A stretch of DNA of 64,000 nt, taken from IMG/VR virus record IMGVR_UViG_3300019360_000002, positions 1-64,000 of that record; one strand, written 5' to 3'. The DNA comes from a virus. Below the pieces are notes generated by a model. It saw only the letters and a list, made by a program, of their open reading frames with translations, made no database searches and was not told where the DNA came from. Shown here in pieces: positions 28,164-37,933 of the stretch (position 1 is its first letter; every line of letters begins with the position of its first letter). The position numbers were made by a program, and so were the translations under genes.

Positions 28164-28399
28164 TGCCCCGCCCGATCATCAGCTACGCGCCCCCGTCCCA
28201 CCACGGCGTCACCACCCTCATGGCGGTAGGCAAGGACGACGCACCCGAAGGAGACGCCATCTACTTCGACGCGGGCCGCGCCGTCAAGTACGCCGTCATC
28301 GGCGGCGCCGTGGGTGCGGTACGCGGCGGCCGGCGCACGACGAGCTACGCCCTCGTGGCCGCCGGTCTATCCCTCCTCGCCAACGCCTTCGGCAAATAA
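28163..28399 (+). CDS. Small membrane protein
   Basis: TGATG-coupled start; two hydrophobic segments. Confidence 0.55.
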   Translation: MPRPIISYAPPSHHGVTTLMAVGKDDAPEGDAIYFDAGRAVKYAVIGGAVGAVRGGRRTTSYALVAAGLSLLANAFGK

Positions 28400-28402
28400 T
28401 AG

Positions 28403-28431
28403 TTGACACGTCCCTGCCGCCCTGGCAGGCT
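28403..28431 (+). promoter_or_regulatory. Sigma70-like promoter
   Basis: TTGACA-17-CAGGCT. Confidence 0.4.
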
Positions 28432-28523
28432 CTCCTCTGCCGGGTCGTTGGCTCTGGGTTATCTCCGTAAAGAATGCACCTTCGGGTGCTCTCCCAGACC
28501 GCTTTTATCCGGCACCCTTTCTC

Positions 28524-29114
28524 ATGGGCTACGAAGCGACGCCACTACTCCGACCTCCTGCGATCGTTCGCGCCTTCGTGCCCGCTCTGCCTGGTAGCCT
28601 CTGGTCGCGCCTCGCCGTCGACTACGTGCGGGCTTTGCCGGACGTGATCCCGACGATGCTTCTCTCCCACCACTTGACGCCGCTGGCGATGCCGCCGTGG
28701 GACGAGTTCGCGCACCTGTTCTTCGGCACGGTGGGATCGTGGTACGTGAACGTGGTTTTCGACGATCGCGACAAGCAGACCTTCGTCGAGCCCAGGATGA
28801 TGCCGCCGCCCGAAGAGACCGAGTTCGCCATGGCGGAGGGCAGCGTGACCGCGCCGTGGCTGCCAGAGACCACACGCCCTCCGCTCTGCAAGTTCTGGAC
28901 GGCTGGCGTCCCCAATATCCTCATCACCCGACCGCAGGGCAGGCCGCTCTCCACCGACGAGAAGACCATGATCGGCAAGTACGCGGCCGTGGTCACCGAT
29001 ATCGAAGCCGCCGTCGCCTCGATGGAGAAGGCGCTCGACCGACGCGTCTACACCTCACTGAACGTAGTCATAGAAGCCGAATTGCGATCCGCAACCGCCG
29101 GGGGTGCTCCGTGA
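28524..29114 (+). CDS. Hypothetical protein
   Basis: 196-aa ORF. Confidence 0.55.
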   Translation: MGYEATPLLRPPAIVRAFVPALPGSLWSRLAVDYVRALPDVIPTMLLSHHLTPLAMPPWDEFAHLFFGTVGSWYVNVVFDDRDKQTFVEPRMMPPPEETEFAMAEGSVTAPWLPETTRPPLCKFWTAGVPNILITRPQGRPLSTDEKTMIGKYAAVVTDIEAAVASMEKALDRRVYTSLNVVIEAELRSATAGGAP

Positions 29115-29288
29115 GTCTGGAAAAACTTCAAGACCGCCACGTCACCGTCTTCTTCAAGGACTGCTCACGAGGGCGTCCTGCGCAAGCTCGCTCACCACGA
29201 TCGTGCCTGGTGCGTCGAGGTGGAGAAGGACGGCAAGCTGTATCAGGTGCAGTTCCTCGACTGGGTTCCCTTAAACATCGTCGGCTAG
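29111..29288 (+). pseudogene. Frameshifted small gene (or sequencing error)
   Basis: VSLEKLQDRHVTVFFKD continues in the +1 frame as HEGVLRKLAHHDRAWCVEVEKDGKLYQVQFLDWVPLNIVG*. Confidence 0.45.
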
Positions 29289-29297
29289 GAGACCGCC

Positions 29298-29600
29298 ATG
29301 AGCAACCAGCACCCCATGCACGTTCTCTTCGAGAAGCTTCTGGCCGGCGCCCCCGAGGTCACTGGCGTCGACGGCAAGAAGGTCAAGGCGTTCACCGCCC
29401 AGGTGGCCTTCATCGGCAACACCGTGGCCGGCGCCATCGCCGCCGGGCCGGCGGAGGGGACCTACATGATCCTCACCACCGGCAGGGACGAGCGCACCGG
29501 CATGGACATCGTGCTCGGTCGCATGTTCACCCCCGAGAACGTGCTCTACCTGGATGTGATGATCGGCGAAGGCCCCCGGGTCAAGCTCGCCGGCTCGTAG
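29298..29600 (+). CDS. Hypothetical protein
   Basis: AGGAG RBS, strong codon bias. Confidence 0.65.
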   Translation: MSNQHPMHVLFEKLLAGAPEVTGVDGKKVKAFTAQVAFIGNTVAGAIAAGPAEGTYMILTTGRDERTGMDIVLGRMFTPENVLYLDVMIGEGPRVKLAGS

Positions 29601-29634
29601 TCTGGTGTTCGCGTTTGCAGAAAGGAGGTAGACC

Positions 29635-29892
29635 ATGCGCCCAAGTACGTGCCGAAACGTCCTCTACCACAGCCACGACTTCAACGGAGAGTCGTTCGCG
29701 GCGATGATCACCGAAGTCAACCCGATCAAGGGATCGCAAGTCGACGAATCAGACGAACGAGGCTACCTCGTTGGTCTCCACGTAATGCCGCCGCCAAAAG
29801 GCGGCGTGGTCAGTGGCGCCTTCGACAAGGGATCTGTGCCGTTCTCGGCCGAAGTCAAGCCCGGCCACTGGTCCTGGCCGCCGCGCGTCTGA
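29635..29892 (+). CDS. Hypothetical phage protein
   Basis: AGGAGG RBS; MRPS...V.YH...AAMITEV...GHWSWPPRV. Confidence 0.65.
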   Translation: MRPSTCRNVLYHSHDFNGESFAAMITEVNPIKGSQVDESDERGYLVGLHVMPPPKGGVVSGAFDKGSVPFSAEVKPGHWSWPPRV

Positions 29893-30560
29893 TGCAGCGC
29901 ATCGCTTTCGGCGGCCCCTGGTACCACTCCCAGGTCGACACCCGCCTCCTCATCTCCGTCGTCCAGCTCACGGGCACAGGCCCGCAGGTCGGTCTTCTAC
30001 CCACGGTGCTATTGCCGGGCGACGGCATGCTCGACCTCAGTCGTAACGTGCTCTTGGCCCAGGCGCTCGGCACCGACTGCGACTGGTACGTGTCGTTCGA
30101 CGCCGACTGCTCCTTCATCGGCCAGATCGCTGCGCTTGCTACTACACTTGCGGAGCACAACCAGCCTAACGTGGCGTTGGTAGCGGCACCCGTACGGCTC
30201 GGGCAGAACTCGGTCTATAACGTTGTCCTCGACGATCAGTGGCCGAGCTACACAGCCGAGATGGAGCGGCCAACGCTCGTGCAGGACGTGGCGCGCATCG
30301 GCTTCGCCTTCGTCGCGTTCCGTTTACAGTGGTACCGCGAGAAGTGGCCCCGGATTGATGGCGGCACACCGCTCGACTACCAGACGTTCTTCCAGACCAC
30401 GGTCGTGCCCGACGGGCATGGCAGCTTCAAGAGCAACACCGAGGACTACTTCCACTGCGTCAAGGTCCACAACTTGGACGGGCGCATGGTGTGCGATCCG
30501 CGCCTCCGGGTCAAGCACCACATCGCAAGAGCCGGCTCGCCGGAGGCGGAGACAGAATAG
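29892..30560 (+). CDS. GT-A fold (GT2-like) glycosyltransferase
   Basis: SRN..LA; FDAD (DxD motif); TEDYFHC; DPRLRVKH. Confidence 0.65.
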   Translation: MQRIAFGGPWYHSQVDTRLLISVVQLTGTGPQVGLLPTVLLPGDGMLDLSRNVLLAQALGTDCDWYVSFDADCSFIGQIAALATTLAEHNQPNVALVAAPVRLGQNSVYNVVLDDQWPSYTAEMERPTLVQDVARIGFAFVAFRLQWYREKWPRIDGGTPLDYQTFFQTTVVPDGHGSFKSNTEDYFHCVKVHNLDGRMVCDPRLRVKHHIARAGSPEAETE

Positions 30561-30889
30561 ATTTTGGGGAGCCGCGCGTCCCCCCTTGAGCCACGAACGA
30601 CTCGAATAGACCGGCAACGCGCATTTTTCCTAGGAGGGCTCCCGTGGTCGACTGCGAGTACAACGCCGATACCCGCCAGTTCACCATATTCGCGGGTCAC
30701 AAGATACCGATGCCATGCGAGTGTCGCGTGTTTGGTGAACGCGTGACCGTCGTCCAGCACATCGCTTCGCCCGATCACGTCATGTCAGGCGCGGATGTCT
30801 TCGAGTGCTCTGCGTGCCGCGTCCGCGTCAGTTCCTCGATCATCGGGCCAATTTTATACCCGAACAACCGGGTGGTCTACTGATGAGGC

Positions 30890-30918
30890 TTGACACACAA
30901 CAAATTTTTGTTTAGCCT
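30890..30918 (+). promoter_or_regulatory. Sigma70-like promoter with operator palindrome in the spacer
   Basis: TTGACA-17-TAGCCT; CAACAAATTTTTGTTT at 30898-30913. Confidence 0.65.
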
Positions 30919-31216
30919 GCTCCCCATGCCGTGGAGCAGGATCGTCAAGACCGAGGCGCTGTCCATCGACCTCGCCATGCACCAACTACGCGGAAAGCTT
31001 AGGGAAATGCGCAACGAGGCCGAAGCGGGCGTCCGTGGGGACGACGGCCTTACTGATTACAACCACGACTTCCCCCGCCGCTTCATCGCGCGCCTCATGC
31101 GCGTCGAGTTCGGCATCGACCTGGGCGACCCGCACGACGAGAGTCGCTACCCGGTTTGGGTGTGGGAGATCACGGGCTGCCAGTAATTGCGAACCGCAAG
31201 GGGAGGACGACAGGAC

Positions 31217-31504
31217 ATGTTCATCTGCGACGAGTGCGAGAGACCGAGCCAGCCGTGCGAGACGATGGTGAAGAGAACCATCATCGTCAAGACCGTCTAC
31301 CATCCCGAGCACACCTACAAGGACAAGCACAAGCGCACGATTCACGATCCCGGCGGCCAAGGCACGCAAATCGTCAAGGAGGGCAAGCTCTGCCAGAGCT
31401 GCGCCTACGGCGGCTCCGTTGACAAGCTCAAGGCGAAGTTCAACGCGCCCATCGACGAGGTGCGCCCGGCCAAGATGCCGACCTCGCAGCCGGTGCTCGC
31501 GTGA
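31217..31504 (+). CDS. Zn-ribbon hypothetical protein
   Basis: CDEC...CQSC. Confidence 0.6.
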   Translation: MFICDECERPSQPCETMVKRTIIVKTVYHPEHTYKDKHKRTIHDPGGQGTQIVKEGKLCQSCAYGGSVDKLKAKFNAPIDEVRPAKMPTSQPVLA

Positions 31505-32052
31505 CCGCCCTGGTCGACAAGACTATTCTGGACTGCATCGACTCCGGCGACATCGTTATTCGTCCGTTCGACCGAGAGCGCCTCGGAACCAACAGCTACG
31601 ATGTGACCCTCGGCTCGGTGTTGCGTGTCTACACTCCGTCTGACCAGCCGCTCAGTGTGCGAGAAGCGAGGTCCACTCTCGATATCCAGATCCCGGACAC
31701 CGGTTTCGTGCTTGAACCCGGAGAGCTGTACCTGGCCTCCACTCTGGAATACACGGAGTCCAACAAGCACCTACCAGTGCTAAACGGTAAGTCGAGCTTG
31801 GGCAGGTTGGGTCTGAGTATACACATCACGGCTGGTACCGGAGATGTTTTATATAAAGGCCACTGGACATTGGAGATGACAGTGGTAAAGTCGCTCCGCG
31901 TGTATGCCGGAATGCCCGTCGGTCAGCTTTTGTGGTTCGAGGTCAGCGACACGCCGACCGTTGACTACGCGCGTAAGCCGTCAGCCAAGTACCGAGACGC
32001 AGCGGACCCCCTTCCGCAGGCGTCCAGAATGTGGCGAAACTTTGATAAGTAG
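31501..32052 (+). CDS. dcd: dCTP deaminase
   Basis: NSYDVTLG, LEPGELYLASTLE, GKSSLGRLGL, TAGTGD..YKGHWTLE, PVGQL. Confidence 0.9.
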   Translation: MTALVDKTILDCIDSGDIVIRPFDRERLGTNSYDVTLGSVLRVYTPSDQPLSVREARSTLDIQIPDTGFVLEPGELYLASTLEYTESNKHLPVLNGKSSLGRLGLSIHITAGTGDVLYKGHWTLEMTVVKSLRVYAGMPVGQLLWFEVSDTPTVDYARKPSAKYRDAADPLPQASRMWRNFDK

Positions 32053-32674
32053 AGGTAACCGCGCAGTCGATCTTCGAGGAAGACGCTTCGGGCGTCTGCT
32101 CGCGATCAAAGAAACAAACAAACGCATGAATGGGCGAATCGCGTGGTTGTGCTTGTGCGACTGCGGGAAGAAAAAACTGGTCAGATCTTCCCACCTGATC
32201 GGCGGCCAAGTGCTTTCGTGCAAATGCCTGAGCCGAGAAATCGCATCCGCAGTCAACACCACGCACGGGCGTTCTAAGAGTCGGCTGTACGCGGTCTGGA
32301 ACACGATGTGTGGACGCTGCCGCAACGCCGACAACAAAAGCTACGGCGGGCGAGGAATTGCGGTTTGCAAGCGTTGGAGAGGTAGAGGCGGTTTCGTTAG
32401 CTTCGTAGCCGACATGGGCGAACCGCCGGCCGGTATGACAATCGAACGCAAAGACAACGCCAAGGGTTACTCTCCTCCCAACTGCCGCTGGGCCACACCA
32501 AAAGAACAAGCCAGGAACAAGAGAACTACGCGCTACGTCACGTTTCGTGGACAAACCAAGCCATTAATCGAATGGGCAGAAGAGCTTGGCCTGAACTACC
32601 AGAACACTCATCGCAGACTTTACGCGCGGGGCTGGTCGGTAGAACGCGCTTTTTCGAAAAAGGAGATGCCATGA
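32042..32674 (+). CDS. HNH homing endonuclease (paralog of 15724; start uncertain)
   Basis: DLRGRRFGRL, CLCDCG, YGGRGI.VC.RW, TIERKDNAKGYSPPNCRWAT.KEQARN. Confidence 0.85.
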   Translation: MISRGNRAVDLRGRRFGRLLAIKETNKRMNGRIAWLCLCDCGKKKLVRSSHLIGGQVLSCKCLSREIASAVNTTHGRSKSRLYAVWNTMCGRCRNADNKSYGGRGIAVCKRWRGRGGFVSFVADMGEPPAGMTIERKDNAKGYSPPNCRWATPKEQARNKRTTRYVTFRGQTKPLIEWAEELGLNYQNTHRRLYARGWSVERAFSKKEMP

Positions 32675-32946
32675 CCGCTCTCGCCAAGGACCCGACCGTC
32701 TTCCTGAGCGCCCTTCGTCAGAAGGTCAGGTCACTGGGCAGGCTTCGTGAAGAGCGGCAGAAGTACGAGAACGACGTGGTGAACGGCGCCGTCACCGAGG
32801 CGGCCAAGACGGGCCTGCGAACCGTGCTTCCCAAGATCCGTGACTTGGCGGTCGAGATCGTCGACGCCTACGAGGAGCTGGACGAGTGGCTGGAGGGTGG
32901 CGGCGACGCGCCCAGCCAGTGGATCGAGGAGAAGAAGGAGTTCTAG
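32671..32946 (+). CDS. Hypothetical protein
   Basis: AGGAG RBS, ATGA coupling. Confidence 0.6.
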   Translation: MTALAKDPTVFLSALRQKVRSLGRLREERQKYENDVVNGAVTEAAKTGLRTVLPKIRDLAVEIVDAYEELDEWLEGGGDAPSQWIEEKKEF

Positions 32947-33452
32947 GTGCGAGTGCGCCTCACGCACACCGAAGCGTCCCTTCTCTTGTCTGCCTTCGCG
33001 GTAAGAGAGCCCTTTTGCTGCGCTCGCGAATCAGATGATACTGCTAGTCGCAACCTGCTCAACTTCAAAAGGCCGCTACGTCGCGTCATCGAGAGGATGG
33101 TGTACGATCACGCAGGTTGCGATCCCACGGCTGGCGAATGGATTATGGAGCGCTGGATCTCTAAACTTGCTTGGGTTCTGTAAAAAGGACTACAAGGAGA
33201 CGCTGTGCCCAGGTTATACGCTCAACACATGGTGAAGCTGGAAGTGCTTCGCTTCGACTCGGCCTGGTTTATCTCGTACGAGGGTTTGCCGCTCAACGCC
33301 CTTGACGAGGTGGTGGCCACGGCCGTCGCCGACCCGAACGTAAGAGGCGTGCGGGTGTACCACCGAAAAGTGCACGAAGACGAGACGCCGCCCGAGTGGA
33401 AACTTCTCCACCTCATCGACATGTCCTGGAAGAAGAACTGGGAGAAGCTCTC

Positions 33453-33950
33453 ATGATGAGCGAAGAGGCGATAGCAATCTACCAATCCATCGACAGGCTC
33501 ACGGCCACCATGAAGGAGCTGGTCGTGCTGGTGGCCAAGCACGCCGAGGCGGCAGCGGCAGCCCCCACCGACAGCCCCGAGATGAAGGAGCTGCTCAAGA
33601 TGGACGCACCGCCCACGGCGCCAGCCGTACCCGAGAAGCCGCCCACGGCGGCGCCGCCCAAGACGACCTTGACCTCGGTGCCGCCGCTCGACTCCCTGTG
33701 CCGCTGCATGCACCAGAGTCGCGAGCATGTCGACGGCGTGGGCGCGTGTTCGCGCACGAGCTGCACCTGTCAGAAGTTCGCCTACATGGTGGCGCCGCAG
33801 CCTACGCCTGGCGCGTGCGCGAACTGCGGCTGCGCGCCGTCGCAGGTGAAGATGATCGAGGGCGTGGTGCCGCCCATCTGCGAGAGCTGCCACAACATGG
33901 CGAACCTGCTCAAGCCGAAGGCGCCCACGCCGGAGCCCCCCAAGGTCTAG
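33453..33950 (+). CDS. Cys-rich hypothetical protein
   Basis: CRC.H...C...CTC; CANCGC...CESC. Confidence 0.55.
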   Translation: MMSEEAIAIYQSIDRLTATMKELVVLVAKHAEAAAAAPTDSPEMKELLKMDAPPTAPAVPEKPPTAAPPKTTLTSVPPLDSLCRCMHQSREHVDGVGACSRTSCTCQKFAYMVAPQPTPGACANCGCAPSQVKMIEGVVPPICESCHNMANLLKPKAPTPEPPKV

Positions 33951-33953
33951 CTC

Positions 33954-34700
33954 GTGATCGAACACCTGGCCATGCGGTGGTGGCACCTCGACCAGCTCTC
34001 GGTCTCCGACCCCGAGATGCTGTGGTCGAACGTCCACGAAGACGACAAGATTGCGGTTCGCAACCGCGTCTATTCGCTTCTGAATGGAGAGATCCTCCAC
34101 AAGGACATGTCGCCGGCCGACAAGCTGGTGGCCATCGGCAGAAAGCGTTGTGACGAAGACCTCGACGAGTTCGCGCGCAAGATCGACGACATGCTGCGCG
34201 GCGAGCCCGGCTGGGACGAGAGCATCAACCGAGTCACGCGCTGGAGCAACTGGTGGGACAGCCTGTATGGGCAAAGCTGTAAAACCGTGTATCCACCACA
34301 GCCTCAGATCCAACAGTGCACGCGCCTGTTCGGCAACACCAACATCGGCAACCTCGTTATCTGCAACCTTCAGGTCGCTGGACAACTTTGCTGTGATCAG
34401 GCGGCCTACCTTCGCTACTGGTACGTCGACACCACGGTCTCTGAAGCCAATGCTGATGAGCTGGAAGAGGCGCTGCACAACAGCGTAGCCACGCTCATTA
34501 TCGGCAACCGTCTTGCGGCACAACTCCCCTTGTCGGACCTCTTTTATAGCGTCCATCCGATCGACGAGATCTTGCCGACCAGGCAGAACTTTGCTGTCGA
34601 GATCTCGTGCTTCGGCCGAGCCAACGACATTCTGAATAGCGCACTTCACAGTCCCCTGCGCGTCCACCTCGAAGGCGCCCACAAGCTCACGGTCTACTGA
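33954..34700 (+). CDS. Protein with a C-terminal domain paralogous to MCP1
   Basis: RLFGNTNIGNLVICNLQVAGQL..DQ, LIIGN, PTRQNFAVE and LEG align with MCP1. Confidence 0.75.
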   Translation: MIEHLAMRWWHLDQLSVSDPEMLWSNVHEDDKIAVRNRVYSLLNGEILHKDMSPADKLVAIGRKRCDEDLDEFARKIDDMLRGEPGWDESINRVTRWSNWWDSLYGQSCKTVYPPQPQIQQCTRLFGNTNIGNLVICNLQVAGQLCCDQAAYLRYWYVDTTVSEANADELEEALHNSVATLIIGNRLAAQLPLSDLFYSVHPIDEILPTRQNFAVEISCFGRANDILNSALHSPLRVHLEGAHKLTVY

Positions 34701-34914
34701 TGAACACGTCCAAGGTCTTGCCAAAGTTGCCGATTCCCTACGCTGGCATCGAGAAGTTCCACCTGCATCTCGACAAGTGCCAGCAGTGCCGTGAGCATCC
34801 GTTCGCCCTGTGCCTAGAGGGCTCCAAGCTCCTGCACGACACGATGAAGCCGGCGTCCGCTCCCTGACAAATTTTTGTTGTCACCTGCCTCCGGCCTGTG
34901 GTAGGCTCTCTGCC

Positions 34915-35832
34915 ATGACCGTACGCAAGCCCAACGAGTCCGACATCGCCTACGCCCTGCGCGCCGCGCGTGAATTCGCGAGCGGCTTGTCGCAGTACGA
35001 CGGCGTGGTGCTTCCGCAGGCTGCCTTCCGTCAGGCGCGCGACGTGATCGGCATCATCGGAGAGGCGGAGGGCTGGCACACCAACCACAAGGCCGAGAAG
35101 GCGCGCGAGGTCGAGGAGGCCCGTAGGGCGGGCTTTCACTGCGCCACGCCTACGCTGTGTGGATCGTGTGGCCCGGACTGCGGGGGTCGAAAGAAGGTCG
35201 TCAACCTCACCCACGCCGGCCAGCTCGCGGGCGTCCTGCCGCCCGACCCTGACCACGCAAAGGACTGCCGCTGCGTCGTGTGCACGGGCAACGCGCGGCC
35301 GTTCCAAGGCGCTTGGGGCAAGCTGGCACCGCCGATCGCGGTGCCGAAGCGACCCGAGTCGACGCTCAACTACGGCAAGGAGCTTGCGAGTCGCGAGTTC
35401 AGAACGATCGAAGAGCTGCACGAGTGTTTGACTGCAAACGCGCAACGTTTGCAAGATCCGATGATCCACTTCTTCACCAGGGGGGAGCAGACTGCCAGCG
35501 GACTGTGGCAAAGGGTAGCCGACAACTACCCCAAGGCGAAGCTCCTCGGCGTCACGATCGTCGGGTTCGGTCTTCAGGTCAGACCCCACGATGTCGACGG
35601 CACGTTTCAGGTGCTTCACCGCATGGGAGAAACACTCGTCCCGATCCTGGACATGCCTTCGTCGTACGGTGCGGCGGCGTTGTCTGTGCCGATCCACATC
35701 GACGCGGAGAAGGGCGCGGACAAGTTCGTCTGTCGTTTCACGCGTCGTGCGCACCCAGAAAAGAGCCCGGACATCGTGCCCACGTTTATTCGAGCCACGG
35801 CCAAGCTGGAGTGCCACTACAGCCAGGAGTAG
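34915..35832 (+). CDS. Hypothetical protein with Cys clusters
   Basis: 305 aa; preceded by a promoter with the operator at 34865-34880. Confidence 0.55.
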   Translation: MTVRKPNESDIAYALRAAREFASGLSQYDGVVLPQAAFRQARDVIGIIGEAEGWHTNHKAEKAREVEEARRAGFHCATPTLCGSCGPDCGGRKKVVNLTHAGQLAGVLPPDPDHAKDCRCVVCTGNARPFQGAWGKLAPPIAVPKRPESTLNYGKELASREFRTIEELHECLTANAQRLQDPMIHFFTRGEQTASGLWQRVADNYPKAKLLGVTIVGFGLQVRPHDVDGTFQVLHRMGETLVPILDMPSSYGAAALSVPIHIDAEKGADKFVCRFTRRAHPEKSPDIVPTFIRATAKLECHYSQE

Positions 35833-36331
35833 CCCGTGACCAACGTCATCATCTTCGCGGTCTGGTCCTTGTTCGTCGGCTGGGTTGCCGCACTCTGGGG
35901 CTTCCGGCGCGGCTACAGGTACTCCCATCAGGAGCTTCAACTCAAGGCGGCCCTGGAGAAGTCGGCTGAGTTTCGCCCGCTGAATGAGCAGGAGAAGAAG
36001 TTCTTGGCCTCGTTCGCCGACAAGAGCGTGCGGCTATGACGACGCCATCGAGACGCAGGCGCGTGTCGCGTAAGGGACCGGAGAAGGAACGGCGTTCGAC
36101 CACGGTCAAGCTGGAGCGGCGCAAGAAGCCTCGTCCGCCCAGGCCGGAGCCGCTGCCGCAGTTGCCGCCAGGAGCCGACATCGACGGCGTGTTCACGGGC
36201 GAAGGCGACCTCGAACTCGCGCTGGCCGTGCGGCCTCGTCTGCGCATGGTCTTCCACGGCATGCCGACGTTCGAAGACATCGCCATCGTGCTCGCGACCG
36301 CAGCCTTGCTGGTCGCAAGAAGGAGTCTTGC

Positions 36332-36994
36332 GTGAGGTGGTGTTCGGTCTGCATGCAAGAGATCCCGGGCGAAGCGAAGCCTTTGCGCGTCGTGCGTCTG
36401 GTCGGCCGATATGCCTACACTCTGTGCGTGTGCTGCGGTCAGAAACCACGAGACCACAAGCGCGTTCATTATCGCAGCCGTTTCCGAAGATGGGTGAAGA
36501 CCCATCTGATCACCGTAGAGGAGCCGCCCAAGCAGAGGCGCAGGGACTCGGTGTGCTGCACAGGTGCCTGCGGAACCGGCACGCCGGTCGGAGAACAATG
36601 CAAAGCCTGTCACGCACTCCGACGTGTCGCCGTTGACAAGACGAGTAGGTTGTACCAACCGATTGTTCGTGCGCAAAAAGCGGGGCTGCCGGCCACTTTG
36701 ACCATCGAAGAATGGGACCTAACTCTTGATCGTTTCGATCGGTCTTGCGCGTACTGCGGTGCGCCCTGGGTGGTGCTCGAACACGCACAACCCATTGCGC
36801 TGGGCGGCGGTACCACGGCCGACAACTGCTTGCCGGCGTGCCGAGTCTGCAACACCCGCAAACGCGACACGGCCTTGACCGCTCTTGCGACTCTCAAGCA
36901 CTACCCTGGGACCAAGGTGCCGGTAGACAGGGTGCGCGTGAAGGCCGCCCTGGTGTGGCTGAAAGCCTGCCAACGCCTTGCTGTGGGCAGGTAG
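36332..36994 (+). CDS. HNH endonuclease (McrA-like) with N-terminal Zn motifs
   Basis: CAYCG...LEHAQPIALGGGTTADNCLPACRVCNTRK. Confidence 0.8.
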   Translation: MRWCSVCMQEIPGEAKPLRVVRLVGRYAYTLCVCCGQKPRDHKRVHYRSRFRRWVKTHLITVEEPPKQRRRDSVCCTGACGTGTPVGEQCKACHALRRVAVDKTSRLYQPIVRAQKAGLPATLTIEEWDLTLDRFDRSCAYCGAPWVVLEHAQPIALGGGTTADNCLPACRVCNTRKRDTALTALATLKHYPGTKVPVDRVRVKAALVWLKACQRLAVGR

Positions 36995-37176
36995 TACGGT
37001 CTGCTGCTGCTTTCGGCCGCCGATCGCTCCTAGGGCAGCTAATGCGCTAAGTAGCGGAACCACATAAAAAACACCTAACTTATTTATATCGTTCATTGTT
37101 TCTGAAAGGAGTTTATTGTTGATAATGGCTATTAAAAGCCAAAACGGACGTGGTAAGTAGTTGATCTGGAGGACGC

Positions 37177-37668
37177 ATGAAAAACGACCAAGGCCGCGAG
37201 GGATCAGCCGCGCCGGCCGACATACAAGGCGCTGCGACTAAAACCAGGACATTCTCGCACGGCTCGGCGCGCGTGGTGATCGACGAGTACGGCCTGCAAT
37301 TCGCGGTGGGCGCTAGCGAGCTACCCGACCTGCTCGAAGTCGAGGCGCACGATCTACGAAGGGTGCTCACCATGGCGCTCGACGCCATCGCCCGAGACCA
37401 CGGGCACACGCTCGCCGAGGCCGATAGCTTCTTACGTAGCCAGCGCCTCGTCTGCGGTGCCGGTACGTGCTGCCGGCCTCGCGGACACGCCGGCCAGCAT
37501 GATCAGTTCGATGGTCAACGTTCGCCTGACAGCTTGGACATCTTCGCGCTCGCTGCGGGGTGCGTGCTGTGCGGGGCTCAACCGCCCGAGTCGAAGCTCA
37601 TGCTAGTGGTGACCGATGTCGTCGAAGCTGTTTGCGACGACTGCAATCGACCACGAAGGGGAAGGTGA
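37177..37668 (+). CDS. Hypothetical protein
   Basis: GGAGG RBS after an AT-rich promoter region (37060-37150). Confidence 0.5.
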   Translation: MKNDQGREGSAAPADIQGAATKTRTFSHGSARVVIDEYGLQFAVGASELPDLLEVEAHDLRRVLTMALDAIARDHGHTLAEADSFLRSQRLVCGAGTCCRPRGHAGQHDQFDGQRSPDSLDIFALAAGCVLCGAQPPESKLMLVVTDVVEAVCDDCNRPRRGR

Positions 37669-37933
37669 TGCGATGAGCGCGCCCCAGATCGAGTGCTTCA
37701 TGTGCGGCTGCCCCGACAACCTGCGCGAGGTCAATAACCAAGGCAACGTGTACGCATGCAAGGACGCTCGCGGCTGTATGGAACGGCAAGCCGTGATCGA
37801 CAACGCCATGGCGACGCCAATCCAGCCGGCGCCTGCGCTCACGTCCGCGCCGCCCACCGCTGTGGTCACCTTCGTCTACGTGAACTGGCGCGCCAAGCGC
37901 CGCGTGATCGAGCGACTCGTGTAACGCTGGCCG

